Assembly (NCBI GenBank): GCA_026394395.1
Contig: JAPKYK010000001.1
Coordinates: 223,940-287,939, forward strand
DNA: 64,000 nt
DNA from: Methanomassiliicoccales archaeon
GTDB taxonomy: Archaea > Thermoplasmatota > Thermoplasmata > Methanomassiliicoccales > UBA472
Direction: 5' to 3'
Shown here piece by piece: positions 29,737-38,531 of this stretch. Position numbers and translations under genes: made by a program. Below the pieces are notes generated by a model. The model saw only the letters and a program-made list of their open reading frames with translations, searched no databases and was not told the DNA's origin. The first letter of the stretch is position 1; every line of letters starts with the position of its first letter.

Positions 29737-30069
29737 ATGACATCCAAAGTCCGGGTCAATATGTTCCCATGCAAGAACACCTCGGAGATCGAGGTCAATA
29801 CGACGGATGATGGGGATTACACCGTCAAAGTAAACAGTAGCTGTAAGAAGGTGACCAAGTTCGTTGATGGGCTGGGCCCCCTATCCATGACCGACCTGAC
29901 CGACAAGAAGGAGAGCAAGGTCTTCCGTGACTTCATCAATTCAGATATGAGCGCGAATTGTTTGACGCTGTCCGGAGTCATCACGGCGGCCTGGATGGAG
30001 GCGGGTATGATCGCCAGGTCCTATGCGAAACTTGGCGTTCCGCTCAACATCGAGCTAATAGGGGACTGA
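29737..30069 (+). CDS. Hypothetical 110-aa protein with three Cys
   Basis: Clean ORF with an ATG start and protein-like composition. Cys at residues 12, 36 and 75. No family recognised. Confidence 0.4.
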   Translation: MTSKVRVNMFPCKNTSEIEVNTTDDGDYTVKVNSSCKKVTKFVDGLGPLSMTDLTDKKESKVFRDFINSDMSANCLTLSGVITAAWMEAGMIARSYAKLGVPLNIELIGD

Positions 30070-30341
30070 TCCCCGATCGATCACTCGTTGTGCGATTACA
30101 TCAGGGGGCATGTCCCAACCCTCTTTTCCTCAGTTCATTCTCGATGAACGGCTCGGAGTCACAAGGGCAGCATCGTTACCGAGGGTGCATCCCTCAACGA
30201 TAGTTCAAGAAAAGTTGAAATACTTTATCTAATGAATACCATCGACGATTTGAGCATCTATCTAAGACGGATATTAAGAAGTCCGATTCGAGATGAAAAG
30301 GTGAAAAATTGGGAATAAATCAAAGGAAGCGAAGTGAAAAA

Positions 30342-30980
30342 ATGAAGAACGAAACGCAGGTAAAGCTGCCAGACTGGACCTGGGAATTCCATGGCCACCG
30401 CTGCCCGTTCATGCCGATAGGTTACCGGATGGGCGTGGTCGCCATGCGCGAGCTTGGGATCGAGAGGGTCAAGGACCACGGCGCGTTCGCCCTAGCGGAA
30501 ATGGGCGTGGGGCATCCGCAGACATGCATGATAGACGGGGTCATGGCTGCCACCGGCTGCACCTATGGAAAGCTCATGATGGAACGTTTGAACTATGGCA
30601 AGGTGGCGATCACCCTGTACGCCCCGGGAAAGGGAGCGGTGAGGGTCTACCTCAACTCCGATTTCCAGGACCTGCTGGGCAAGGAGGAGTTCTTCGCCTA
30701 CCGCAAGAAAGGGATCGAGCCATCGGACATCCCGGTCGAGCTGACGGAAAGGGTGATCAAGATGGTGATGGAGACCAGCGAGGAACAGATGTTCAAGATC
30801 GAAAAGAAGCCGGATTTCTCCTTCTCCCGCCCGAAAGGCTCGTTCGCCAAGGTCAAGTGCTCGAAATGCGGGGAATACACCTTCGAGCGCTACGTCCGGA
30901 CCGTAGATGGCAAGTCCGTGTGCATCCCCTGCTCGGGGTTCACGGAATCAAGGATCGATGCCTTGAAGGGCATGCAGTAA
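30342..30980 (+). CDS. FmdE/FwdE-domain protein with C-terminal zinc ribbon
   Basis: FHGHRCPFMPIGYRMG signature. The C-terminus has CSKCGEYTF...CIPC. ATG at 30342; the track start 30309 is TTG. Confidence 0.8.
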   Translation: MKNETQVKLPDWTWEFHGHRCPFMPIGYRMGVVAMRELGIERVKDHGAFALAEMGVGHPQTCMIDGVMAATGCTYGKLMMERLNYGKVAITLYAPGKGAVRVYLNSDFQDLLGKEEFFAYRKKGIEPSDIPVELTERVIKMVMETSEEQMFKIEKKPDFSFSRPKGSFAKVKCSKCGEYTFERYVRTVDGKSVCIPCSGFTESRIDALKGMQ

Positions 30981-30993
30981 AGAGGTCTCTAAA

Positions 30994-31767
30994 ATGGGAA
31001 CCGTCCTCCTGGTCGCCATCGTGCTGGTCTTCCTGATCGCGATGGTCTTCTCGATGTTCGGCCAGGGTGGGGGTTCGGTCTACACCCCCACATTATTTTT
31101 GCTCGGCTACGCGGTACTGATCTCAACCTCCACCTCCCTCGTCCTCAACCTGATCACGTCAGTGTCCGCAGGCTACATATTCTATCGCAACAAGATGATC
31201 GACTTCAAAACGTCCATGATCTTCGTGCCGGGCATATGCATCGGGGCTCTCATAGGCGGAGCCATGGGTAACTTTGTCGATACTACCGTCCTATTGTGGC
31301 TGTTCGTCATCTTCCTCATCGGGGTAGGGGCGCGGATGTTCTACACCTATTGGGAAAAGGGAAAGCCGGAGGGGGAATGTCCGACCGGTTTCACCCCGGC
31401 CATGTACGCGCTCATCACAGTCTTCGGGTTTGCTGTGGGGATACTTTCCGGCCTGCTCGGCGTCGGCGGTGGCATACTCGTCGTGCCCTTCATGGTCTAC
31501 GTGTGCAAGTACCCAACGAAGTTCGCGGCCGGGTCGTCGCATCTGATCATATCTTTCTCGGCGCTCTTCGGGATCATAGGTCATTCGGCATACGGCAGCC
31601 TTAATCTTCCATTGATATTAGTGACGGGAGTAGCGGTGCTCATCGGAGGAAATCTTGGAGCGAGGACCAGTATGAGGTTCAAATCCGGAGCGATGAAGGC
31701 CGGGCTGGGCCTAATCATGTTGGCACTTGCCGCTCAGCTGATCTTGAAACTCCTGGGTTATATGTGA
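30994..31767 (+). CDS. TauE/SafE-family anion exporter permease
   Basis: About 8 TM helices with the internally duplicated GGG.(I/V) motif pattern (GQGGGSVYTP ... GVGGGILVVP). Confidence 0.8.
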   Translation: MGTVLLVAIVLVFLIAMVFSMFGQGGGSVYTPTLFLLGYAVLISTSTSLVLNLITSVSAGYIFYRNKMIDFKTSMIFVPGICIGALIGGAMGNFVDTTVLLWLFVIFLIGVGARMFYTYWEKGKPEGECPTGFTPAMYALITVFGFAVGILSGLLGVGGGILVVPFMVYVCKYPTKFAAGSSHLIISFSALFGIIGHSAYGSLNLPLILVTGVAVLIGGNLGARTSMRFKSGAMKAGLGLIMLALAAQLILKLLGYM

Positions 31768-31777
31768 GGCGCATATA

Positions 31778-32059
31778 ATGGCGAAGGAACGATCAGAACA
31801 GAGGCAGATGTCCTTGGCAGAGAGGCCCTGTTGCGCGGCCGCGGCAGCGCGCATGATCAAACAGATCAACGTGAACGGATGCTCAATAGGCCTTTCTCAT
31901 CTCGATGAGGTCATGAACGAGATCAAAGCCATGGGTCTCCAGAACGATGCCGAAATCGGAGAGATACTACTGAAGAGGATCAAGATCTTCAATTATATCC
32001 CCCCGAGCGCAAGTTCGGAGTACAAGAGCGCATTGTTGGAGGAATATCGAAAACATTAG
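31778..32059 (+). CDS. Small Cys-containing protein (vicinal CC plus distal C), function unknown
   Basis: 93 aa, with ERPCCAAAAARMIKQINVNGCSIGL. Starts 11 bp after the TauE stop and lies upstream of ACR3. The stop codon is TAG. Confidence 0.45.
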   Translation: MAKERSEQRQMSLAERPCCAAAAARMIKQINVNGCSIGLSHLDEVMNEIKAMGLQNDAEIGEILLKRIKIFNYIPPSASSEYKSALLEEYRKH

Positions 32060-32176
32060 CATGAACGATCGAAGGACACAGGAAAATAACAATAGTTACG
32101 AAAATATTAATACAGTAAATTAGATACTTCAACATTATTTGAAATCCTTATTGTCTCGGCAGTGGGAGAGGTTGGG

Positions 32177-33307
32177 ATGAACGGTGGAGATGCGATGTCC
32201 AGGTCTGCGCCGACAGGTGTGAAAACGCTATCCTTTTTAAACAAATACCTCACAGTTTGGATATTCGCCGCCATGGCATTGGGCATTGGACTGGGCGTCC
32301 TCATCCCCGACCTGGCTGATTTCCTTGATTCGCTCAGCATCGGCACAACGTCCATACCCATCGCCATAGGTCTGATATTGATGATGTACCCGCCCCTGGC
32401 CAAGGTCAGGTACGAGAAATTAGGAAAACTTTCTAGGATGCCAGATACCAAAAAAATGTTCTCGACCTCATTGTTCCTGAACTATGTTATCGGGCCTTTT
32501 CTGATGTTCACCCTGGCCTGGATCTTCCTGCCGGATTTACCTGAATATCGTATCGGGCTCATCCTCGTAGGGATAGCGAGATGCATCGCGATGGTGCTGG
32601 TATGGAACCAACTGGCAGATGGGGATAGCGAGTATGCCGCGATCCTAGTGGCCTTGAACTCGATATTCCAGATCATCCTGTTCTCGTTCTATGCCTACTT
32701 CCTCATAGCCGTTCTTTCCAATATCATATCTCCAGGTTCCGGCGTTAATGTAGAGATATCGATCGTGTCCGTGGCCATCAGCGTGCTGATCTACCTGGGC
32801 ATACCCTTCTTTGGAGGGATGATCACCCGCTACACGCTCAGACCGCGAAAGGGCGAGGACTGGTACGACAACAAGTTTCTGCCTGTGGCCAGCAAGATAT
32901 CGCTTCTGGCGCTGCTGTTCACCATCGTGGTCATGTTCTCTCTCAAAGGGGATTATATCGTCCAGCTTCCCTTCGACGTGGTGAGGATTGCCATACCTCT
33001 GTTGTTCTATTTCCTGATCATGTTCCTGCTATCCTTCTATCTATCCTGGCGTTTCAAGTTCGACTATCCTCACGCGGCAACCCAGTCGTTCACGGCTGCC
33101 AGCAATAACTTCGAACTCGCGATAGCCGTGGCGATCGGGGTGTTCGGCATCGGCTCGGGTGTTGCCTTTGCAGCGGTGATCGGACCTCTGGTCGAGGTTC
33201 CAGTGCTGATATCCCTCGTCAACCTATCTCTATACTTCCGTAGGAAATATTACGATGAGAACGGGAAATTGAAAAAATCAAACGCAAGGAGTGAAGAGAA
33301 TGGATGA
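32177..33307 (+). CDS. acr3: ACR3-family arsenite efflux permease
   Basis: [24 protein letters not shown]-terminus, 10-TM BART-superfamily pattern, and a typical C-terminal [12 protein letters not shown]. The start is ATG 32177 or 32195. Confidence 0.85.
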   Translation: MNGGDAMSRSAPTGVKTLSFLNKYLTVWIFAAMALGIGLGVLIPDLADFLDSLSIGTTSIPIAIGLILMMYPPLAKVRYEKLGKLSRMPDTKKMFSTSLFLNYVIGPFLMFTLAWIFLPDLPEYRIGLILVGIARCIAMVLVWNQLADGDSEYAAILVALNSIFQIILFSFYAYFLIAVLSNIISPGSGVNVEISIVSVAISVLIYLGIPFFGGMITRYTLRPRKGEDWYDNKFLPVASKISLLALLFTIVVMFSLKGDYIVQLPFDVVRIAIPLLFYFLIMFLLSFYLSWRFKFDYPHAATQSFTAASNNFELAIAVAIGVFGIGSGVAFAAVIGPLVEVPVLISLVNLSLYFRRKYYDENGKLKKSNARSEENG

Positions 33308-33512
33308 ACGAACAAAGGAACTGGTGGCGATAAGCGCATCGGTCGCGGGGCATTGTCAACCCTGCTTCAAATACCATTTCTTAAAGGCGAAAGAACTTGG
33401 AATAAGCATGGAGGAGATCCGAGAGGCAGTGGGTCTGGCCGCTCGCATCAGCGGGATAGGGGACCAAAGGATGCTCGAGTTCGTGGAGGGGACGCTCCAA
33501 ACGAGCTCATGA
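33300..33512 (+). CDS. Carboxymuconolactone decarboxylase (AhpD-like) family small protein with CxxC
   Basis: [20 protein letters not shown] is the CMD-domain redox motif. Overlaps the ACR3 stop by 8 nt. Confidence 0.7.
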   Translation: MDERTKELVAISASVAGHCQPCFKYHFLKAKELGISMEEIREAVGLAARISGIGDQRMLEFVEGTLQTSS

Positions 33513-33580
33513 TGTTCGCCCCAGATATCGAAACGGAAGAGAGCGATCATCGAAAAGAACGAGGAAATGGATGAGATCTT

Positions 33581-33683
33581 GGTGCTCCCGCCGGGATTCG
33601 AACCCGGGTCTTCGCCTACCTTCCACCGCCTTTCAGCGATGTCGAAAGGGCGGGATGATTGGCCGGACTACACTACGGGAGCC
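33581..33683 (-). tRNA. tRNA-Glu(UUC) with a 25-nt canonical intron (33619-33643) and encoded CCA
   Basis: Manual fold: acceptor GCTCCCG/CGGGAGC, D-arm GTGT-AGTCCGGCCAA-TCAT, anticodon loop CTTTCG|A, and T-arm CCGGG-TTCGAAT-CCCGG. The intron ACATCGCTGAAAGGCGGTGGAAGGT forms a bulge-helix-bulge. The central helix pairs CTTT with GAAG, the inner helix pairs CATCGC with GCGGTG, and each splice site sits in a 3-nt bulge. Confidence 0.9.
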
Positions 33684-33798
33684 TTGTGCGCGTTGATATG
33701 AGAAAATATACTTAAACTTAGTGAATTGGAAACGCCGGGACATAAGCAGATACCAGACGAAATCGTTCAATGAACAAAATCCTTGAAGAGCTGAACGC

Positions 33799-34869
33799 TC
33801 ACGACCGTTTGCCCTTCTTCGCCCGAGCGGATGGCAGGTTAGAATAGTCCACATGCACACCGTCACCGTCCAGCTCGATCTTGTCGATTGCCCTGAACTT
33901 GATCCGGGTCTCCTGTTTCGTAACCACCGGGACAAGGTAGCTCTCGTTCTCATGGGTCATCCCGCCCTTCCTCTGCCCGACGAACTCCCGGTGCCTCTGC
34001 AACCTTCCTTTCACCAGTTCGTTCGCCAGGTCCTTGGAGCTCAGCAAGCTCTCCAGGATGGCCGGCCTCAGCGTTCCGTCCAGCTCGTAACCGACGCTGT
34101 TCCTGCCTGCGGCCATGCACGCCATGGTCGTCGTCCCCGTCCCCAGGAACGGATCGAGGACCAGGTCGTCCCTTATCGAGAACATGTTGACCAATCGATA
34201 GGCCAGCTCCAACGGGTAGGCGGCGCTCCTCTTCCTCGACCTCGCGTCCTTTATGACCTGCCTGGTGCCATTGAAGGCCCATATATCGGAGAACCATTCG
34301 TTGCGCTCCTCCCAGAAGTAGGCGCTCTCGTACCTTCGTTCGTTCTCTTCCGCCGAGAACACCCTCTTCCCGCCCTTCCTGAATATTAGGACGTACTCGT
34401 GCTCGAGCGTGACGTAAGCACCGTTCGGCAGCATGCCCGAACCCATGAACTTGTTCGGCGCGTTGGTCTGCTTACTCCAGATAATCCCCGGAAGCTCGGA
34501 GAAGCCCAGATCCCTCATCTTGGAGATTATCCTGGCGTGATTGGAGTACAGCTGGAAGTCGCTGCCTATCTTTCGGGTGGCGTCCCCGATGTTTATACAG
34601 ACCACGCCGCCCGTCCGGACCAGCCGGGGTAAGTTCCTCCAAACCTGGTCCAGCTGCCGGTGCATCCGTTCAAAGGCGCCGTTCCCGTCTTTATCCGTAA
34701 GACAGGTCCCAATCTCTGGGTCAAGCTTGGAGAACAGGTCATCCCACATCCCTATCATGGGATACGGCGGGGAGGTGACGATCAGATCAACGGAACCGCT
34801 CGGTAAGGCGCTTAGATCTCGTGAATCACCCACGATGATCCGATGGACCGTTGGTTCGACCATTGTCAT
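33799..34869 (-). CDS. Beta-class N4/N6 DNA methyltransferase (SPPY type), no adjacent nuclease
   Basis: Motif IV LIVTSPPYP is followed by motif I VLDPFLGTGTT (beta permutation). There is an 80-aa C-terminal extension. ATG at 34869; the track start 34878 is TTG. Confidence 0.85.
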   Translation of the reverse strand: MTMVEPTVHRIIVGDSRDLSALPSGSVDLIVTSPPYPMIGMWDDLFSKLDPEIGTCLTDKDGNGAFERMHRQLDQVWRNLPRLVRTGGVVCINIGDATRKIGSDFQLYSNHARIISKMRDLGFSELPGIIWSKQTNAPNKFMGSGMLPNGAYVTLEHEYVLIFRKGGKRVFSAEENERRYESAYFWEERNEWFSDIWAFNGTRQVIKDARSRKRSAAYPLELAYRLVNMFSIRDDLVLDPFLGTGTTTMACMAAGRNSVGYELDGTLRPAILESLLSSKDLANELVKGRLQRHREFVGQRKGGMTHENESYLVPVVTKQETRIKFRAIDKIELDGDGVHVDYSNLPSARAKKGKRS

Positions 34870-34999
34870 CTGAGACAAGATTGCCCATACTAAATTATTT
34901 GCACCTTTTGAATTTTATATAACAATTATAAAAATTAATATTATTATATAATTAAATCAAAACAATAATCCCGTTCCCGTCCATCCCACGCCTCCAAGA

Positions 35000-35863
35000 A
35001 TGTTTTATATATCAAAAAATAGGCTACCACTGCGCGTGGCCAATTCCAACAAACAGTGCTCAAAGTGCGGCAAGCCGTTCGTAGAATTGTACATCGTCCA
35101 AGTGGTCGCCGTCATCCTTGCGATCTATCTTTTCGCCATGTTCTTCTTCAACCTTCTGGTGATAGACGACGATTGGATGAAGGAGCAGCTTTCCTTCATG
35201 GAATCGTTCATGCCCTTCGGATTCGAATACATAATAATATCCATCGTCGCCCTGATGATCACTTTGCCCATACTGATGGCCGGCGTCCTTCCCATCTTAG
35301 AGAAGAGGCACAAGATGGCCGGCGGGACCATGGCCTGCGCGAAATGCAAGGACGTGATCGTCCGCGAGCAGCAGGAAGCGGCCACCAAGGCGCAACAGGC
35401 CCAGGAGGCCCAGGCCTACGCCTACATGACCAAGGTCGAGAACACAGAGAAGAACGATCCCTGGGTGGGCAAGCTGATCAAGGTCTGGAAGAACGACCAC
35501 CCCAACCAACTGCCCGAAGAGACCATGCTCAACGAGCTGTCCATGGCCCACAACATGGAGCGCGCCGGCAATTACGAGAAGGCCGCGGTCATCCTGGAGA
35601 AGTACAGTTTCTATGAGGAGGCCGGGCGGGTGCGCAAGCTGGACGATGAGAAAGTAATAAAGCACATCACCGTGGACATGAACGCGCTCATCGACCAGAT
35701 CAGCACGAAAGGTCTGGCCATACCCTACAAGTGCGCCTCCTGCGGCGCCAGCATCACCATCGACAAGGACTCCAAGAAAGAGGGTCTGAAGTTCTGTTCG
35801 TACTGCGGGACCTCATATAACATCGAGGACATGACCAAGATAATCCAGAGCGCCCTGGACTGA
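35000..35863 (+). CDS. Membrane-anchored zinc-ribbon protein, function unknown
   Basis: CSKCGKPF at the N-terminus, then two TM helices, then CAKCKD. The C-terminus has CASCGASI...CSYCGTSY. Confidence 0.5.
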   Translation: MFYISKNRLPLRVANSNKQCSKCGKPFVELYIVQVVAVILAIYLFAMFFFNLLVIDDDWMKEQLSFMESFMPFGFEYIIISIVALMITLPILMAGVLPILEKRHKMAGGTMACAKCKDVIVREQQEAATKAQQAQEAQAYAYMTKVENTEKNDPWVGKLIKVWKNDHPNQLPEETMLNELSMAHNMERAGNYEKAAVILEKYSFYEEAGRVRKLDDEKVIKHITVDMNALIDQISTKGLAIPYKCASCGASITIDKDSKKEGLKFCSYCGTSYNIEDMTKIIQSALD

Positions 35864-35915
35864 CCTCGTGGTCTGCTCCAGCAGGCAACTCCTTTTTATC
35901 TCTGTTACACCAATG

Positions 35916-35923
35916 TTATATAT
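35916..35923 (+). promoter_or_regulatory. TATA-box-like element upstream of aIF-1A
   Basis: TTATATAT lies about 41 nt upstream of the TTG start. GGAGG at 35953-35957 sits 6 nt before the start. Confidence 0.35.
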
Positions 35924-35963
35924 CGGAACGGGTTTAAAGGAAACCTACCATTGGAGGCTTCCA

Positions 35964-36305
35964 TTGAGCAACGAACCTTTCACCCAGGGAGACCAAAGCG
36001 CTGAGAGCGAGGAGATACTTCGCTGCCCGTACCCGAACAAGAAGGAGGGCGAACTATTCGGGATAGCGGACCAGCTGCTGGGTGCCTCCCGTATCAAGAT
36101 AATGTGCGCCGATGGCAAGTCCCGCATGGGCCGCATCCCTGGCAAGATCAAGAAGAGGATGTGGATCCGCGAGGGCGACCTGGTCATCGTCAGCCCCTGG
36201 GACTTCCAGGATGACAAGTGTGACGTCCTTTACCGTTACACCAAGACCCAGGCCAACCATCTGAGCCGCAAGAAGGTCCTGCCGAAGAACCTGGACATAT
36301 TCTGA
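35964..36305 (+). CDS. eif1a: Translation initiation factor aIF-1A
   Basis: S1/OB signature GELFGIADQLLGASRIKIMCADGKSRMGRIPGKIKKRMWIREGDLVIVSPWDFQ. A TTG start at 35964 behind the GGAGG gives a typical 113 aa. The track's GTG 35868 would add a non-homologous extension spanning the promoter. Confidence 0.85.
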   Translation: MSNEPFTQGDQSAESEEILRCPYPNKKEGELFGIADQLLGASRIKIMCADGKSRMGRIPGKIKKRMWIREGDLVIVSPWDFQDDKCDVLYRYTKTQANHLSRKKVLPKNLDIF

Positions 36306-36312
36306 GGGATCT

Positions 36313-37104
36313 ATGCCCCACGAGGACAAGCACATCCTCAAGCTGGACCGCAAGGTCGAGCAACTGCGTCTAACACGTTCCTACGAGAGCTCGCAGGAAG
36401 GGCGCAAGGTCATGGAGGAGGTCTTCGACAACCTCACCCTCGGCGTCATCTTCAAGCTCACCTGCGAAAAGAAGATCGCCAGCGTCGATTTTCCCGTTTC
36501 CACCGGCAAGGAAGGCAACGTCTTCCGGGCCACCACTCCGGACGGCACGCTTGTGGCGCTTAAGATCTACCGCACCTCCAACGCCACCTTCAAGAACATC
36601 GCCAAGTACATCGAGGGCGACGCCCGCTTCAAAGGGCTCACCGGCAATCCGCGCAAGCTGATATACGCCTGGTGCACCAAGGAGTTCAAGAACCTCAACC
36701 GCCTGGAGCAGGCCGGGGTCCGCGTGCCGCATCCCCGGCGCTTCCTGAAGAACATCATCGTCATGGACTATATCGGCGACGCGGTCATGGCCGCCCCGCA
36801 GCTGCGCTCCGTCCGCGTGGACGAGCCGCAGAAGGTGTACCGCGAGATCATACGTTTCATGAAGCGCGCTTTCCAGAAAGCGAAATTGGTGCACGGCGAC
36901 CTCAGCGAGTATAACATCCTCATGCACGAAGGAAAGCCTTACATAATCGACTGCGGTCAGGCCATGTTGACCGACCACCCCAACGCCGTGGAGTTCCTGA
37001 AGCGGGACGTGAAGAACATCAACCGCTACTTCCGCAGCATCGACGTCGAGGTGTGGAGCGACGAGACCGTCCTGAAGTACGTCCAGGGGGTTAGAGGCCA
37101 ATGA
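36313..37104 (+). CDS. rio1: RIO-type serine/threonine kinase (Rio1)
   Basis: STGKEGNVFRA (P-loop-like), ALKIYR, LVHGDLSEYNIL and IIDCGQA. Confidence 0.85.
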   Translation: MPHEDKHILKLDRKVEQLRLTRSYESSQEGRKVMEEVFDNLTLGVIFKLTCEKKIASVDFPVSTGKEGNVFRATTPDGTLVALKIYRTSNATFKNIAKYIEGDARFKGLTGNPRKLIYAWCTKEFKNLNRLEQAGVRVPHPRRFLKNIIVMDYIGDAVMAAPQLRSVRVDEPQKVYREIIRFMKRAFQKAKLVHGDLSEYNILMHEGKPYIIDCGQAMLTDHPNAVEFLKRDVKNINRYFRSIDVEVWSDETVLKYVQGVRGQ

Positions 37105-37646
37105 AGATCGTGAAGGTTCCCAAGGAGCGCGTGGGCGCGCTCATCGGCCAAGGCGGCGAGACCAAGAGGTTCCTAGAAGAGAGGACCGGGCTCAAGATCT
37201 ACATCGACGCCGAGGAGGGCGAGGTGTCCTTCGACGAGACGAAAACCGAAGACCCGTTGCTCCCGCTGAAGATCATGGATATTGTAAAAGCGATAGGCCG
37301 CGGCTTCGCCCCGCAGAAAGCCTTCCGTTTACTGGACGACGACGAGTACCTCGAGCTCATGGAGATCGACGACTACGTGGGGAAGAGCAACAACCAGCTG
37401 ATCCGCGTCCGCGCCCGGGTCATCGGTGCCGGCGGCAAGACCCGCCGCATTATCGAAGACCTGGTCGGCGTGAACATCTCCGTGTACGGCGACACCGTGG
37501 GCATAATCGGCAACTCCGTGCAGATGCCGGTGGCCCGTACCGCCGTGGACATGCTGATGAGCGGTAGCGAGCACGCTACCGTCTACCGCTACCTGGAAAG
37601 GAAGCGCCCCGAGCTGCACATCGCCGAGATGGGCTTCGAGCTCTGA
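37101..37646 (+). CDS. Tandem KH-domain RNA-binding protein (Dim2/Pno1-like)
   Basis: GALIGQGGETKR and VIGAGGKTRRIIE (GXXG KH loops). ATGA overlap with rio1. Part of the conserved aIF1A-Rio-KH arrangement. Confidence 0.8.
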   Translation: MKIVKVPKERVGALIGQGGETKRFLEERTGLKIYIDAEEGEVSFDETKTEDPLLPLKIMDIVKAIGRGFAPQKAFRLLDDDEYLELMEIDDYVGKSNNQLIRVRARVIGAGGKTRRIIEDLVGVNISVYGDTVGIIGNSVQMPVARTAVDMLMSGSEHATVYRYLERKRPELHIAEMGFEL

Positions 37647-37654
37647 ATGACGGG

Positions 37655-38527
37655 TCAGCCCTTGTCCCCGAACAGCTCGACGTTCTTGGCGCGGTAGTCG
37701 TCCAACCCCCGCCGCTCCGTCCTCCCATCCGGGAAAACGGTGATCCATGTCTTGGACGGGCCCCCCTTGCTTTCTTTGAGGCAGCTGCGGCTGCTTACGG
37801 TATTCGGATAATATGCGCGGGCGGTCATGGCCGCCGACTCCAGCTCCTCGTCCCCTGGTGTCCTGGACATAAGGAAGGGGCTCAGCTCCGCTCGGAAGGG
37901 ATTTATGCGGAACTCCAGGTCCAGAGGGCGGCAGTCCGCCAGGAAGCGGGCTATCGCCACCACCTCGTCCTCCTCCACCAGTCCGGGGATGAACAGGGTG
38001 TTCACCACGGTGCAGATTCTGGAGCAGGCATAGGCGACGTTATTCAGGACCGGGGAGTTCGAGGCACCGGTGTACCACCTGTGCTTCTCATCGTTCACAG
38101 CCTTGACGTCCACCAGCAGCTCGTCCATGCCTGCCCTCAGCAGTGCATCGAGGAGCGCGGGCGTCAGCAGTGAGGCGTTGGTCTGCACGGTCACCCTCTT
38201 CGATATGTCCTTCAGGGACCGCACCAGGTGCACCAGGTACTCTTCGTCCAGGGTCGGCTCTCCCCCGGTCAGGAGCACCTCCTCCGGTCCTTTACCGTAA
38301 AGACCTTGGGCGGAGGTCTCGATCAGTCGTACTAGCTCGGGCACGGTAAGCGGGGGTCCCACCTCCTTCTTGGCAATGGAGAAGCATCCTCGGCAGTCCA
38401 GGTTGCATCCGGAAAGGGTCACCCAAACCCGGGGGACGTATTCCGACAAGGTGATGAAGGGGACGTGCCGGGAAGCGGTCTGCGTCCTTTCTGCCCCCTC
38501 ATCTTCGGTGTTAGGCCGACGAGGCAC
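37655..38527 (-). CDS. Radical SAM enzyme, unknown substrate
   Basis: GCNLDCRGCFS (CxxxCxxC) and LLTGGEPTL. The only available start is GTG 38527. Starts 4 nt after the QueG-like stop. Confidence 0.8.
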   Translation of the reverse strand: MPRRPNTEDEGAERTQTASRHVPFITLSEYVPRVWVTLSGCNLDCRGCFSIAKKEVGPPLTVPELVRLIETSAQGLYGKGPEEVLLTGGEPTLDEEYLVHLVRSLKDISKRVTVQTNASLLTPALLDALLRAGMDELLVDVKAVNDEKHRWYTGASNSPVLNNVAYACSRICTVVNTLFIPGLVEEDEVVAIARFLADCRPLDLEFRINPFRAELSPFLMSRTPGDEELESAAMTARAYYPNTVSSRSCLKESKGGPSKTWITVFPDGRTERRGLDDYRAKNVELFGDKG

Positions 38528-38531
38528 GGCC

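Noticed and set aside
29545-34938. An identical 13-mer, TTATAAAAATTAA, at 29545-29557 and 34926-34938, which could be att-like direct repeats bracketing the FmdE-to-methylase block.
   Set aside because: Both copies lie in very AT-rich promoter or terminator DNA where such matches arise by chance. There is no integrase, and the repeat is not derived from the tRNA.
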